Shown piece after piece: positions 52,926 to 64,000 of a stretch of DNA of 64,000 bases. Both the position numbers and the translations under genes were made by a program. How positions within the stretch are numbered: position 1 is the first letter of the stretch; each line of letters begins with the position of its first letter. The notes beneath the pieces are model-generated. The model was given only the letters and a program-made list of their open reading frames with translations, was not told the origin of the DNA and made no database searches. Where the stretch lies: contig CP110439.1 of the NCBI GenBank assembly GCA_026914245.1, forward strand, positions 5,456,001 to 5,520,000, given 5' to 3'. The DNA is from Puccinia triticina (Eukaryota).

Positions 52926-54650
52926 TAGGGGGGTTCAAAATTGATCCAGGAAGCAGTCCAGGTCCGAAAATCCAGGAAAAAAATCGGACCTGGGGGCCTG
53001 CTTAGCAAGAGGCTCCAGGAGGGTTGTTCCAGGTCCAGGAATCAGGCCAAAACAACAGGAAACAACTTCATCAAAGAATTCTTCCACACCCCGGCCACCC
53101 CTGACCCACAAGTATATTGGGGCCTATCCTCCTCAACCGTATACACATGACAGAAAGAACCGGCCATCAGAGCAACTCACTGCACCCTTGATGGCCGGCA
53201 CAAGCCATTCATTGAGCGGAGTACATACACACTCCACCATGACCAATGGTTGGTCAGTAGCAACAAAGGGTAGTTACGTTACGTTGCGTTATCCGCGCGA
53301 TTTTGGTAACGTAACTACCCCCGTTATCCGGGCCCCCCCCGTTACTTTACTAGTAACGGGGACATTTCAGGCCCCGCGCATAACGTAACGGGCCTAATTT
53401 TTGAGGCCCGTTATTGCGTTATCCCCCGGATAACGCAATAACTGACCATTTAAGGCTTTTTTAGCCTCATTTTTTGCCCGTTCTCAGGGGCTCCGCGCGC
53501 CCGGATAACGCAACGAGAATAAAAAAAAAGGGCTTAATATGGTGTGCTAACGTAATCGCACCGCCGTTACGCGTAACGCGTAGATAATGGCAAAAAATTC
53601 CGTTACGTTACCGTTATCTACGCGTTACGCGTAGCGTAACTACCCTTTGTTGTCAGTAGGCTGTATACTCTTAATGGCCGGCCTGGTTATTGATGGGAGT
53701 ACACTCCTCCCTCAACGCCGGGTCCGTGCTGGCCATTGATAGCCATTTGCTATAATTTTTGATGACCAGTTTGTTCCGGTTATATACGTACTCCTCAAGA
53801 TGACCGGAACAAACCGGACATTGAGAGGAGTATGTATGTACCTCTCTCTCAAGATGACCAGAACAAACCGGTCATTGAGGAAAATGATTACTTCTCTCGG
53901 TGGCCATGACGGGCCGGTCATCAAGGGAGTATGTACTCCTCCCAACAATTGGAACAAACCATTCATCAAGGGAAGTGATATGAGTAATCACTTCCCAGTA
54001 TGACCGGCCCGTTCCAGTCATCTAGAAAAGTGCATACTCCTCTTGATGACCTGTTTGTTCCGGTCATTGGGAGGAGTACATGCTCCCTTGATGGCTGGAA
54101 CAAACCGGTCATTGAGAGGAGTAAGTTCCTCTAACTTTCTGTAAATAACCAATCATCTTGAGGAGTACATACTCCTCAATATGACCAAAATGACAGTCCA
54201 TCAAGGGGAGCTCCCAATTATGAACAAACGGGCCAGCATACTCCTCCCAATGAACAAATGGACCGGCCATTGATGGGAATATGTTGCTCCTGGTGGCCAG
54301 TGTGTACTGCTTTGGCTGACCAGCCAGTGCTGGTCAACGGAGGGGAGTGGTGCTTCCAGTAGGGTATGTGGTACATACACCCTTTTGAATGCCGTGGATT
54401 CCGATTATGACTGCAGGGAAACCAAGCCGGATTTTTTTTTAGCAGGGACCCCAGTTGTGGGAGGGGACTTCCTGAAACCCCAGACTGACAGACCTGATGC
54501 TCAGGAATGAGAGTACAGGTGGCTTTTGACCAACATGGGGCATTCAAAGTTGATAGCCCAGAACCTCTTTTTTGGCGGGGGATTTTTTTCCTGGAATCTG
54601 GGACCTGCACGAGCTCTTGGAGACCTGGATTTTAATTTTGAACCCCCCTA
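52926..54650. mobile_element. TIR element (hAT-like termini) containing a palindromic minisatellite
   Basis: TAGGGGGGTTCAAAATT ... AATTTTGAACCCCCCTA; TSD not clear. Confidence 0.6.
53261..53652. mobile_element. MITE with CAA...TTG ends and 7-bp TSD
   Basis: TIR CAACAAAGGGTAGTTACG; TCAGTAG on both flanks. Confidence 0.85.
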
Positions 54651-55635
54651 ATATGAAAGATGAAAGATATGGAATTTCCAAAGGATTTTTGAAAACATTT
54701 TTTTTGACTCTGTCCAAGCTTCTTGGAAAAGACAATATGTATGCATTGTGATAAATAAGTAAGGGAAAGGGGAACCTCCTTGGGGCTTGGAAAAGACAAT
54801 ATGTAAATATGTATTGTGATAAAAGTAAGGGCAAGGGAAACCTCCTTGGGGTATGGGGCCCAAGTTGAAGTCGCAAGCCCCTTCTTCACATCTCCAGCCC
54901 CCCCGGCACGCCGACTGAAAAAAGGGGAGTGGTGAGACAAAGCTTGGCTGGAGAAGTCTGCTGATGGCAGCACCCTTCATCCGCTAACTTGACACAAGTC
55001 CCCCCTGGTGGGAGGCTTGCTGAGGCTGGCGGCGAAGCGGCCCCTCCCGCAGGGAAGTCAAAAATTTGGCTGAGAAAGAAATCATGAATGGCTGGAGGAA
55101 AAATACTTAGCATCACCCAGCCTCCCCCTCAGCTTCTACGGACCTGTCCCAGAGCCAAAATATACTTCAGAGCCTCAGCTTTCAAATGGTGCTGGTCTCA
55201 TCTCCTCAATCCCAACCGTTTTCCTTGTACTAATCTTTTAAAAATACAAAAACACAAAGAAATGTAAACCAAGGAATTACAACCATTGTACCTTGTGGAT
55301 AGTGGATTCACAAGCCTGCAGATATGTGCAGATCCTATACCTGTAGCCACTCAATTGTTGCAGATAGGATATACAATTGCGCATATTATCAGAAAATCCA
55401 AAATTGGATCTTCAGAGCAATGGAATATCCTTCAGGATTTCTTTGACCTTCAAAACAGATTCCTTCAATCAGTTTTGGAGTTTATTCCTCAAAAACTTGG
55501 GCAAGGGTGCGCATCAGTACTGCTGAGAGAACTGTCTACTCAGATTTCTCTGTACATGTGTTGTTGATTTTTAAATTCTGTTTTTGTGTTTTTAGGGTTG
55601 AAAATCCTTCCCTTGTCTTCCAGCTTTCAGACATT

Positions 55636-55796
55636 TATGGTATTCAAAATTGCATAAGATTTTTTTACATAAAATCATAAACTGCAATTTTGGCTGGGAG
55701 ATGTCACTTGAAGTTTTATGCACGCTGACATCTCCCAGCCAAAATGGGCTTTATGATTTTATGTAAACAGTGGCATATGCAATTTTGAATACCATA
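55636..55796. mobile_element. PHIS-family MITE
   Basis: TIR TATGGTATTCAAAATTGCATA with ATT TSD. Confidence 0.85.
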
Positions 55797-56322
55797 ATTA
55801 TGCATAAGCCTCTGCTACGGAGAGCCCACCCTCCGTTTGAGAGGCGTTAAGCTAGCTTCATCCGCCATTCGCGCTTGACAGTCTCAATGGCCCAGTCCCA
55901 CCAGCCAAGCCGCCACCGCTTCCCCCCCCCCCCCCCCCCCCCCCCCCCGACCACCGTTGAGCAAATACTCCCACCCAGCCCACCTCTTGAAAACATCAGC
56001 GGCCAACAGCCATTGGATATTAGATTGACCAAGAACATCAAATAGCAGTTTGTGTTAAGTTAGGAAAAATTTCAGCGCACGCAGCGCAGCACATCCAATT
56101 GTCACTCGCATCTGATACAAACCAAATTCGATCATGCCCAAACCTAACCAACATCAGCAAACCTAACCAATATGTTCCCCCGCACTCAAAAGCAAAAAGT
56201 ATTGCCACGACTGACTAGTCTCTTTTCTTCACGTGCATTATATCAAAACACTCGTGAAGAAGAGAGACTAGTAAGCATTCAACCCCGATCACCCAAAACA
56301 ACATCAACAAAACTGACTATAA

Positions 56323-57362
56323 GAGCGTCAGCATTGGTGGCTAAGTTAGCTCGAGCTAAGACACTTAGCCACACATCTCATCCGCATTGGGTCCGGCTAA
56401 GACCCAGCTATCTTAGCCAAAAGCTAGAATCCTGGCTAGCTGCAGCTAAATCTAGCCGCACCTAGCTCGTGGCTAGCGAGCTCCCCAAGGTACCACAAGC
56501 CATACCAATTGCCAACTCAAACTCCACAAACCACTCCGAATTGGAGTCCAATCAACAACTTGGAGACAGCAAAACCAAACCAAACAATGATAAAAACAAA
56601 CAACAACAATAACAAACAACAACAAAAATATGGACCATCGACCTGGGCGGCCATGTCTTTCTCGGGGACGAGATTGCCATCACAGCTTTCGGTGGCATTT
56701 TGCATCTATGATTCCGACGGTTCAAGCTGAACGTGGACTGTGTCAAGCAACCGAAGCTCGATGCAGCGTAGACAAGTCGCCGGAATGGATCCGTTTAGCT
56801 GTCAGTTTGATCATCACCATCTTCCTGTTGGCTGAGCTGCTATGCATCAAGCTCACATTCTTCCTTAATCTCCATTCCACCTGACCTGCCAGAATGCCCG
56901 GCAAAATTTCCTCAGAATCCTCTTGCAAATAGTCTCCGTTGTACTGGATTTTGCTGTCCGACTACCTAACCAAACCGGGCAAGAAGCCGTGCTTGCAAAT
57001 GAACTCGCAGACTTGTTGCGGCCAACTAGCAATATTAGAAGTGAACAGTCTAGCTAACAATTCCAGCAGTGAAGTCGTCTGGCTTGTAGAGGCCACTATG
57101 TATATTGTTTTTTTCCCTGCTCACCTTTATTTTCATTTTCACTTTTGCTTGTGTGCATTTTTTAATTGGATGAAAAGAAACAAGGTGTTTTTCTTACTGG
57201 AGCAAAAACTGAAGTGGTTGATACCACTGAGGAAAAGCTATGTCATTTGACTTAGCTGAATAGTAACTCTGACTGATGCGGTTGCAGGGGTCTGGCTAGC
57301 GCTAGCCGGGTCCTTGATGACTAAGTTAGCTTGCGCCAACTTAGCCACCAATGCGGATTCTC
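56323..57362. mobile_element. PIF/Harbinger non-autonomous element in LTR intron 1
   Basis: TIR GAG..TC.GCATTGGTGGCTAAGTT with TAA TSD. Confidence 0.85.
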
Positions 57363-57559
57363 TAACTCCTCTCATTTCATATATCATTTTTCCATTCCAT
57401 CACTATCATCATCTCAGATCAAATCCTTGTTGCGCGTCCTTCAATATTAAAATTCAAACAAATTACAACTGCGAAATTGCAGGTATGATACATACATTAA
57501 TCAATCATCCTTTTTCCATATCCAATCATCTAAATGTTTTTCTCCATTGTTCTTCATAA

Positions 57560-57945
57560 GGCCCTGTTTGGCACTGATGTAATTATAGGTGATATAATCG
57601 CTGATTAATTCAATAAAAAATAGAAAATTCAACATAAAGCCTCCAAATTTTTTTTGTAAGCAACCTAAAGTGCTGGTCTCTTCAACTTTGAAATCAGATT
57701 CAACTGATTCAGCCATCTTCAGCACCATAATACCATTATATCACTTTTGACCAATATGAAGTGATATAATGGTATTATGGTGCTAAAGATGGCTGGATAA
57801 GTTGATTCTGGGTTCTCAGTTGAAGAGAGCAGCACTGTAGGTTGCCTACAAAAAAAATTTGGAGGCTTTATGTTGAATTTTCTAATTTTTATTGAATTAA
57901 TCAGCGATTATATCACCTATAATTATATCGGTGCCAAACGGGGCC
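57560..57945. mobile_element. Tourist-like foldback MITE in LTR intron 2
   Basis: Near-perfect 386-bp palindrome, TIR GGCCC(T/C)GTTTGGCAC, TAA TSD. Confidence 0.9.
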
Positions 57946-58648
57946 TAAATATTTTCCTATAAATCTAGGTGTGTTGCTGTTAGGGAGTCCGTGTCGTCGT
58001 CGTCAGAGCTTGTCATTTAATTCCAGGATTATCATTCATCTTATCAGGTGTGTTGCTGTTAGGGAGTCTGTGTTGTCGTCGTCAGAGCTTGTCATTTAAT
58101 TCCAGGATTATCATTCATCTTATCAGATCACTTCGGATTGTAATCAAAATTTACAGTTTGCTCTCTCCTCGCCGCAAGAGTCCCCTCGCCCTTGATTACC
58201 AAGTTCAAGGCTCATCCTGAAGTCAAAAAGTCAGTCCCTCTCTTGTCTTGAGTCTTTCCTTCTTTTTTTGGACGATTTTCGCACATGTTGATGGCGTAGA
58301 GCCTTACTCAACTCTAAAAACTTGAGATCTGTTGAACCTCATCCTCAATCAACCAATAACGCGTTCAAACTCCTGCTCCCCAATACGTCCCAAAAACTCA
58401 CTCATTCATGCGCATATTTATGCTATGAAGGCCACATTTATTGATCCGGTTCGGATGTGTGTATAGATGAAATCCCTCTTCCTACTCTCAATGTCTTCCA
58501 GGAAAATGCGATCCAAATTAAAGATACCCAACTCAACCTTAACTGGGACTATTGGATGGCAGGTATCTATCAAACGCATCTCACTCACCCAATAAATAAA
58601 TGAATAACTGATGTTTTGTTTTGTTTTGGATGGTTTAATAGATGAAAT

Positions 58649-58817
58649 GGAGGACTTCCTGTCGACTTTGAATAAATCTGGAATTCCAGATTTCGCAGGG
58701 GAATCTGGAATCTGGAACTCTGGATCCCTTCGGGGAGCTTCGGGGACCGAGATCTCCCTGCGAAATCTGAAATCTGTCGGCTCAGATCTGGATTTCCAGA
58801 TCGACGGGAAGTCCTCC
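58649..58817. mobile_element. 169-bp MITE in a TRM5 exon
   Basis: TIR GGAGGACTTCC(T/C)GTCGA with AAT TSD. Removal restores DEIIERLLPNQLNDIP. Confidence 0.85.
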
Positions 58818-59018
58818 AATTATCGAGAGACTTTTGCCCAATCAGTTGAATGATATTCCAGCTTCATTTACCATGATCGGTCATATTGCTCACTTCAACT
58901 TATGCGATGAATATTTACGTTACAAATATCCGATCGGCCAAGTCATCCTTGAAGTAACCCTCATCCTTCCAAAAAAACAATAAATGATGATGGTGATGGT
59001 AAATGGGGGGATTTGCTG

Positions 59019-59495
59019 CAATACTGGGTCGCTACGCTAACCATAGCAGTTAGCGTAGCGTAGCGCAGCGCAAATGCGCTATTTTTTAGCGTAGCGTTAG
59101 CGCAATTGCACGCATATGCGCTAACGCTACGCGCACGCGGTGCGCAGCTATTTTAGCTGATAGCGTAGCGTTAGCGCAGATGCGCGCAATTGCGCTAACG
59201 CTACACATGCAGGGCGCAAAAGAGCGCGCGCTACGCTGCGCTACAGCGCCTTTAGCGGGAAAAAAGGGCTTTTTTTCCGCTAAAAGCGCTGTAGCGCAGC
59301 GCAGCGTAGCGTAGCGACTGTAGCGGCGCGCTAACGCTAACAAAGAATTGGCGCGCTGTTAGCGCCGCTGAAAATTAGCGCAGCGTAGCGGCGCTAACAG
59401 CGCGCTAACGCTATGCAAAATAGATGGGTGCTTTTTGCCGCTACGCTAACGCGTAGCGCTGAAATAGCGTAGCGTAGCGTAGCGACCCAGTGTTG
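59019..59495. mobile_element. GCGTA-rich MITE with CAA...TTG ends and 7-bp TSD in a TRM5 intron
   Basis: TIR CAA(T/C)ACTGGGTCGCTACGCTA; TTTGCTG on both flanks. Confidence 0.85.
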
Positions 59496-59856
59496 TTTGC
59501 TGTGCTTGAAAAGAAAAATTTAGCAATCAGGACTGTCGTCAATAAGGTCAATAATATTAATACTACGTTTTGGTTCTTCGAGATGGAGCTATTAGCAGGA
59601 GAACCTAATTACTTGGTCACCCTGGTAAGTAAAAAAAGAATGCTCATAAAAAAAGACAAGCGTTAAGGATGATATGACTGATGGTAGGGGGTTCACAGTG
59701 GCAGAGCGGATGTGGATATCGGTTTGATTTTTCGAAGGTATAGTACAATCCAAGACTGTTGACTGAGCACGATCTACTAATCTCGCAGATTGAGAAGGAC
59801 AAGGTAGTAGTGGATGCGTTTGCAGGTGTGGGACCGTCTGGGATGCGGGCGGCGGC

Positions 59857-61742
59857 TGTTATGACACATGATTTCATGTGTCATTTACAGCAATGTCAGA
59901 AAAGCTTGCCAAATTTTGTGGCTGAAATGACTTCTGCATTTCAGCCACAGGCCTGTACAGCTTCACTGTACAGGCAGACAAAACCCGTTCGGGCAGCTGG
60001 TTTCACTTGACATGGGTGCCGGGCCGGGCAAGGGGCAAGGGAGGCAGGGGCGGCAAAGGGCCGGATCGAAGTAAAATCGCTCCAGGAATCCAATGGTGGG
60101 GCCCTCAAGGCCCCAAAGTGGGAAACAAAGAAACTGGGTTTTTTCTTCTGATGGCATTCCTGACGTACAGGAGCCATACAGGCTTTGAGGCTGAAGTCAG
60201 CGGTCCAAAAGCTGGCCGCAAGCTTTTCTACGGAAGCCGAGGGATGACACCAATCGCGCCATCGCGCCATTGCGCCAAATCACTGTGTTGCGAGTCGCAA
60301 CACAGTGATTTTGGGGGATCAGTCGCAACTTGCAACTGATCCCCCAGAAAATCTCCCACAATATGTGCACATCACCCCCTAGAAAAACATCCAGAAGGAA
60401 CAATACATCACTTGTATCGATACAGGTGTATCGATACATCGCGTGTATTGATACAGGTGTATCGATACATCGCGTGTATCAATACATTGGTACACTCATA
60501 CATTTGTATCGCTATCATACGTATCGGCATATTGGTACATCAATACATATGTATTGGTAATTCGATACATCCATACTTTTGTATTGGTAATTCGATACAG
60601 ATGTATTGGCACACAGATGTATTGGTACATTGATACAGATGCATCGATACATCGATATTGAATAATTTAGAGCTGGAACCCGCGGGGTGCGGGGCGGATT
60701 TATTCCTGCCTGTCAAAATCCCGGCAGGTATACCCGCCCGCGGGTACCGACTCGGGGATACCCCTCAGGGCCTTCCGGGACATGGATACCTGCCAACCCG
60801 CGGGACACGGGTATATGTACCCTGCTGACCTGTGGCCCCCGGGGGATACAACACACTTCCCCGTGGGATACGATACACCTTCCCGCGGGATACAATAGGA
60901 TAATCATACAATTCACGCAAGCTCCATACTCCCGCGGGGCGGCACTGCCCTGCGGGAACGTGCACCGCAGGAGTCATCCCGAAACCCTGTTCCGCGGGTA
61001 TGCCCCGGCGCCTCGGGTACGGGTTCCAGCGCAAATCAATACCTCAATACACAAGTATCGCTACATTGATACAGATGTATCGAGTTGCCGATACGTCTGT
61101 ATCGATGGAGCAATAGTTACCAATACATCTCTATTGATTTAGCAATAGTTATGTATCGATACATCTGTATCGACTTACCGATACATCTGTATCAATGTAC
61201 CAATACATCTGTGTACCAATACATCTGTATCGAATTCCTGATACAAATGTATGGATGTATTGAATTACCAATACATATGTATTGGTGTACCAATATGCCG
61301 ATACGTATGGTAGCGATACAAATGTATCAGTGTACCGATGTATCGATACAGGCGATGTATCGATACAAGCGATGTATCGATACAAGCAATGTATCGTTCC
61401 TTCTGCTGTGATGTTTTTCTATGTAGGGGGTGATGTGCACATAGTGTGGGAGATTTTCTGGGGGATCAGTCGCAAGTTGCGACTGATCCCCCAAAATCAC
61501 TGTGTTGCGACTCGCAACACAGTGATTTGGCGCGATGGCGCGATGGCGCGATTGGTGTCGTCCCTCGGCTTCCGTACTTTTCTGACATTGCTGTATTTCA
61601 CACACTTTTATGGGGTTTGGTTTCTCACCAACCCAATCATGTACATATTTTTGGCCCATAAATAGTGATGCCTATCAAATACATTTCCCCTTGGGGGAGT
61701 TTTCATCTCATTCTCGCCATTTCCTGATATCCCAGCTCTTCA
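59857..61742. mobile_element. Solo-LTR-like insertion (TG...CA) with nested elements in a TRM5 exon
   Basis: TSD GCGGC (59852-59856 and 61743-61747). Removal restores MRAAA|TRKAWVLASDLNP. Confidence 0.85.
60231..61574. mobile_element. Long-TIR foldback element (TA TSD), itself containing a TIR element at ~60668-61034
   Basis: Inverted arms of ~400 bp beginning CGGAAGCCGAGGGA, rich in GTATCGATAC. Inner TIR GCTGGAACCCG. Confidence 0.85.
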
Positions 61743-63119
61743 GCGGCGACCCGGAAGGCGTGGGTGCTAGCGAGCGACCTGAACCCGGCCTCAGTGAGGC
61801 GCTGGAGACTAACGTCAAACTCAACAAGCTCCACGGACGGGTGTCTGTATCGATTGGCGATGGCAGGCAGCAGATTAGAGAGGCCGTCCGGACCCTCTGG
61901 CTCGATAAACTTTTTGAAATACCAAACGCTCCCCCACTCTTACCCGATCATTTTATCATCAATCTGCCGGACTCTTCAATCCAGTTCCTCGACGCTTTCA
62001 GAGACCTTTACCTTCCCCTCTCCAACTCTAAAGGGTTTCTGGATGCGGTCAAGAAGAAATACAAGTTAGCCTTGCTACATTGTTACTGCTTCACTAGACA
62101 AGTAGATGATGCTGAAAATGATATCTGCCAGGTAAGCTCTTTTGTTTCTTTTGACCAATCTTTTTATTTTCCTGACTGATTTCTTCCGGTTGTTTTGGGT
62201 GGTGTGTGTTTGTAGAGAGTTAGTGAAGTGATGAGAGTTAAGATCAGTCCATCTACTGTTGCTCGTTTCGAGCTCAAGTTTGTCAGGGCTGTTGCACCTC
62301 ACAAGGATATGTACCGGATCACCTTTGAATTACCCCTTGTACTCTTACTGTTCTCTTCTTACTCTTCTGATGAAATGAAAGGAAAGCAAGTCTCACAAAA
62401 TCTCAGCTGGATTGGCTTGAGAAGGGAGATGATGGAAGAAGAGCCCATCAGTGTCTGGTCATTACGGTACGCGATGTGCTTGGTACCTGGTTCAACCGAA
62501 GTAGCATTACAGGGATGTACAGTACTTGAACATTTTCGAGGCTTTGTCCCAGTGCCACTGCCCTTGCGTCCATCTGCGCCAAAGCCTCCGCAGCCACACT
62601 CAAAGAACACGCCCAGCAGCACACATACACCACATTTTGGGCCCACCGCATAGCTGCAGCTTTGGCCGATAGCTTGTTGAGCGTGAAAGTAGCCAACACT
62701 CAAATGTGCAAACATCCACTCCCTTCATCCATTTTTTCGACAAAAATGGAATGGAGAAAGAGTCGAAGCCCCTCACTTACGCAAACAAGTTCTTGAAAGA
62801 AGACGGAAACGTTGCTGATGGGAAGAGAAGATACATTGTGGGTTTTGTGCGAAGGGGCACCAATATTGAGGTGGTCGTGGTCCAAGAAGTACGAATGGGG
62901 GATGGGATAGTTTTGGGCGCAGATGTATTTAGTATAGCAAGACGAGGGAGGAAATTGACAGACCAGCTCTGATCACATACATGACCAGAATAAAACCATC
63001 TGAGATGAGAAAAGCCAACAAAAAGCCCCAAGAAACATGCAGTACAAAGCAGAAAAAAATAGGGGAAAATTTATGTGGAGGATGTTGTGTGGGAGGAACA
63101 GAGGGAGAGAAATGAAGGA

Positions 63120-64000
63120 TCACAAGCCGTCGTTCAAGGAGCGTTCGATAGGAACTTCGTCGACAGCGAGGATCTCGTCGTTGACTTCGAACCGATCAAA
63201 CACCTGTCCCCCGCTCCCGCTCCCGGCCAGGCCACTCTCCTCGTTTTTGGCACTGTTGCTGGTGGCGCCGCTCTCATCGATGCTCGTCATGATCGGCTGC
63301 TCCGCCTCTTTGAACGAAATGCCAAACTCGTGCCCTTTCAGAACCACGCTCGTCTCCTTCTTTCCTTGCTTTAGGTCCTTGATTTGACCTGTACATCGTC
63401 ATCACATCATCTCCATTAGTCACATCCCGTCGATTTAAATTAATTTAATTCAACCCGAAAAAGAAAGCGTCAAAAGGGTTGGGTCTTTACCTTTCCAAAT
63501 CACTTGTTTATTCCGGAGAATCTTGATGAAGCAAGTTTTCTTGATTTCTCCGTTAGAAACCTTGCATCCAGCGACCTTAGACTTGAGTTTGGAAGACCCC
63601 TTGGAGGGAGCCGGACCGTTGATTTCGAAGATCTGGAGGATTTTAGCTTCGCCGACGACGCGTTCCTTGAACCGTTTAGGGAGGAGCTGAATAAGATCCT
63701 TGGTGATGCTATCGACGAGACGATAGATGACTGATTCGATTGTGTATTTGACTTTATGCGTCTCGATCGGGCTGAAGGCCATTGGGTCGATCTTGACGTT
63801 GAAGCCAACAAGGATAGCGCCCGAGGCGATGGCCATTCTGGCGTCACTCTCGGAGATGTTTCCAACGCCCGAGCTGACGATCTTGACCTTTACCTCGTTG
63901 TTCCCGAGGCCCTCGATGGCCGTTCGGACGGCCTCAACCGTGCCCGTGTAGTCGGCCTTGAGGACGATCTTGAGACAGTCTGGGGCTTCTTGCTCCTTGC
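63120..64000 (-). CDS. IFM1: Mitochondrial translation initiation factor IF-2, C-terminal part (continues past window)
   Basis: LKIVLKADYTGTVEAV, GVGNISESD, ILVGFNVK, VIYRLVD, VVGEAKILQIF, VAGCKVSNG, KGHEFGI. Intron at 63389-63490. Confidence 0.92.

Larger units (their letters stand above)
56053..58155 (+). mobile_element. Solo LTR related to 5816-6734, in TRM5 exon 1; two MITEs nested in its introns
   Basis: TGTTAAG...AAAATTTACA with TSD GTTTG (56048-56052 and 58156-58160). Shared blocks ATCCAATT.TCACT.GCATC, ACTCGTGA.GAAG..AGACTAGTAAGCA, GCAGGTATG and CTAGGTGTGTTGC. Confidence 0.9.
55888..62380 (+). pseudogene. TRM5: tRNA (guanine37-N1)-methyltransferase TRM5, disrupted by insertions and a stop; ends approximate
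   Basis: LLAARVP; IPASFTMIGHIAHFNL..YKYPIGQVILE; KN..IRTVVNK..FFEMELLAGE; FDFSKV*YNPRL.TEH; DAFAGVGP; ASDLNP..NVKLNK; HFIINLP; HCYCF; VRAVAPHKDMYRITFELP. Confidence 0.92.

Noticed and set aside
53700..54330. CRISPR-like palindromic repeat array (also 28300-28700)
   Set aside because: Eukaryotic context, no cas genes, degenerate contiguous units and no unique constant-length spacers.
55922..55948. Long poly-C run in TRM5 exon 1 as a frameshift switch
   Set aside because: The gene is dead for other reasons and homopolymer length is unreliable.
58418..58853. Stand-alone ORFs 58418-58819 (-) and 58611-58853 (+)
   Set aside because: By-products of a MITE inserted in a TRM5 exon.
59086..61665. 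ORFs within the GCGTA and GTATCGATAC repeats
   Set aside because: Low-complexity translations of MITE subterminal repeats.

Overview
Eukaryotic, intron-rich, TE-dense fungal DNA. The gene set and TE families suggest a rust fungus (Pucciniales, probably Puccinia); this is inference. Host genes: a small membrane-protein gene (~0.4-1.75 kb), a possible secreted-protein gene (~25.4-27.8 kb), a disrupted dynactin p22/DCTN3-like gene, a cold-shock-domain protein, PRP28 DEAD-box helicase, a TRM5 tRNA methyltransferase pseudogene split by four insertions, and the 3' part of mitochondrial IF2. TEs: a DIRS/Ngaro-type RT-RNaseH element with no visible recombinase, a two-ORF PIF/Harbinger-group element, Helitrons with cargo, Copia/Gypsy fragments, solo LTRs and many MITEs. 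Most notable: two related solo LTRs (5816-6734 and 56053-58155, each with a perfect 5-bp TSD) contain spliceosomal introns. The first carries an unspliced and a precisely spliced copy of the same three exons in tandem. The second carries an exact exon-3 duplication explained by a splice event. Both share a covarying hairpin that buries the first 5' splice site. Together these suggest a mechanism by which an LTR retrotransposon keeps introns in its LTR through reverse transcription.
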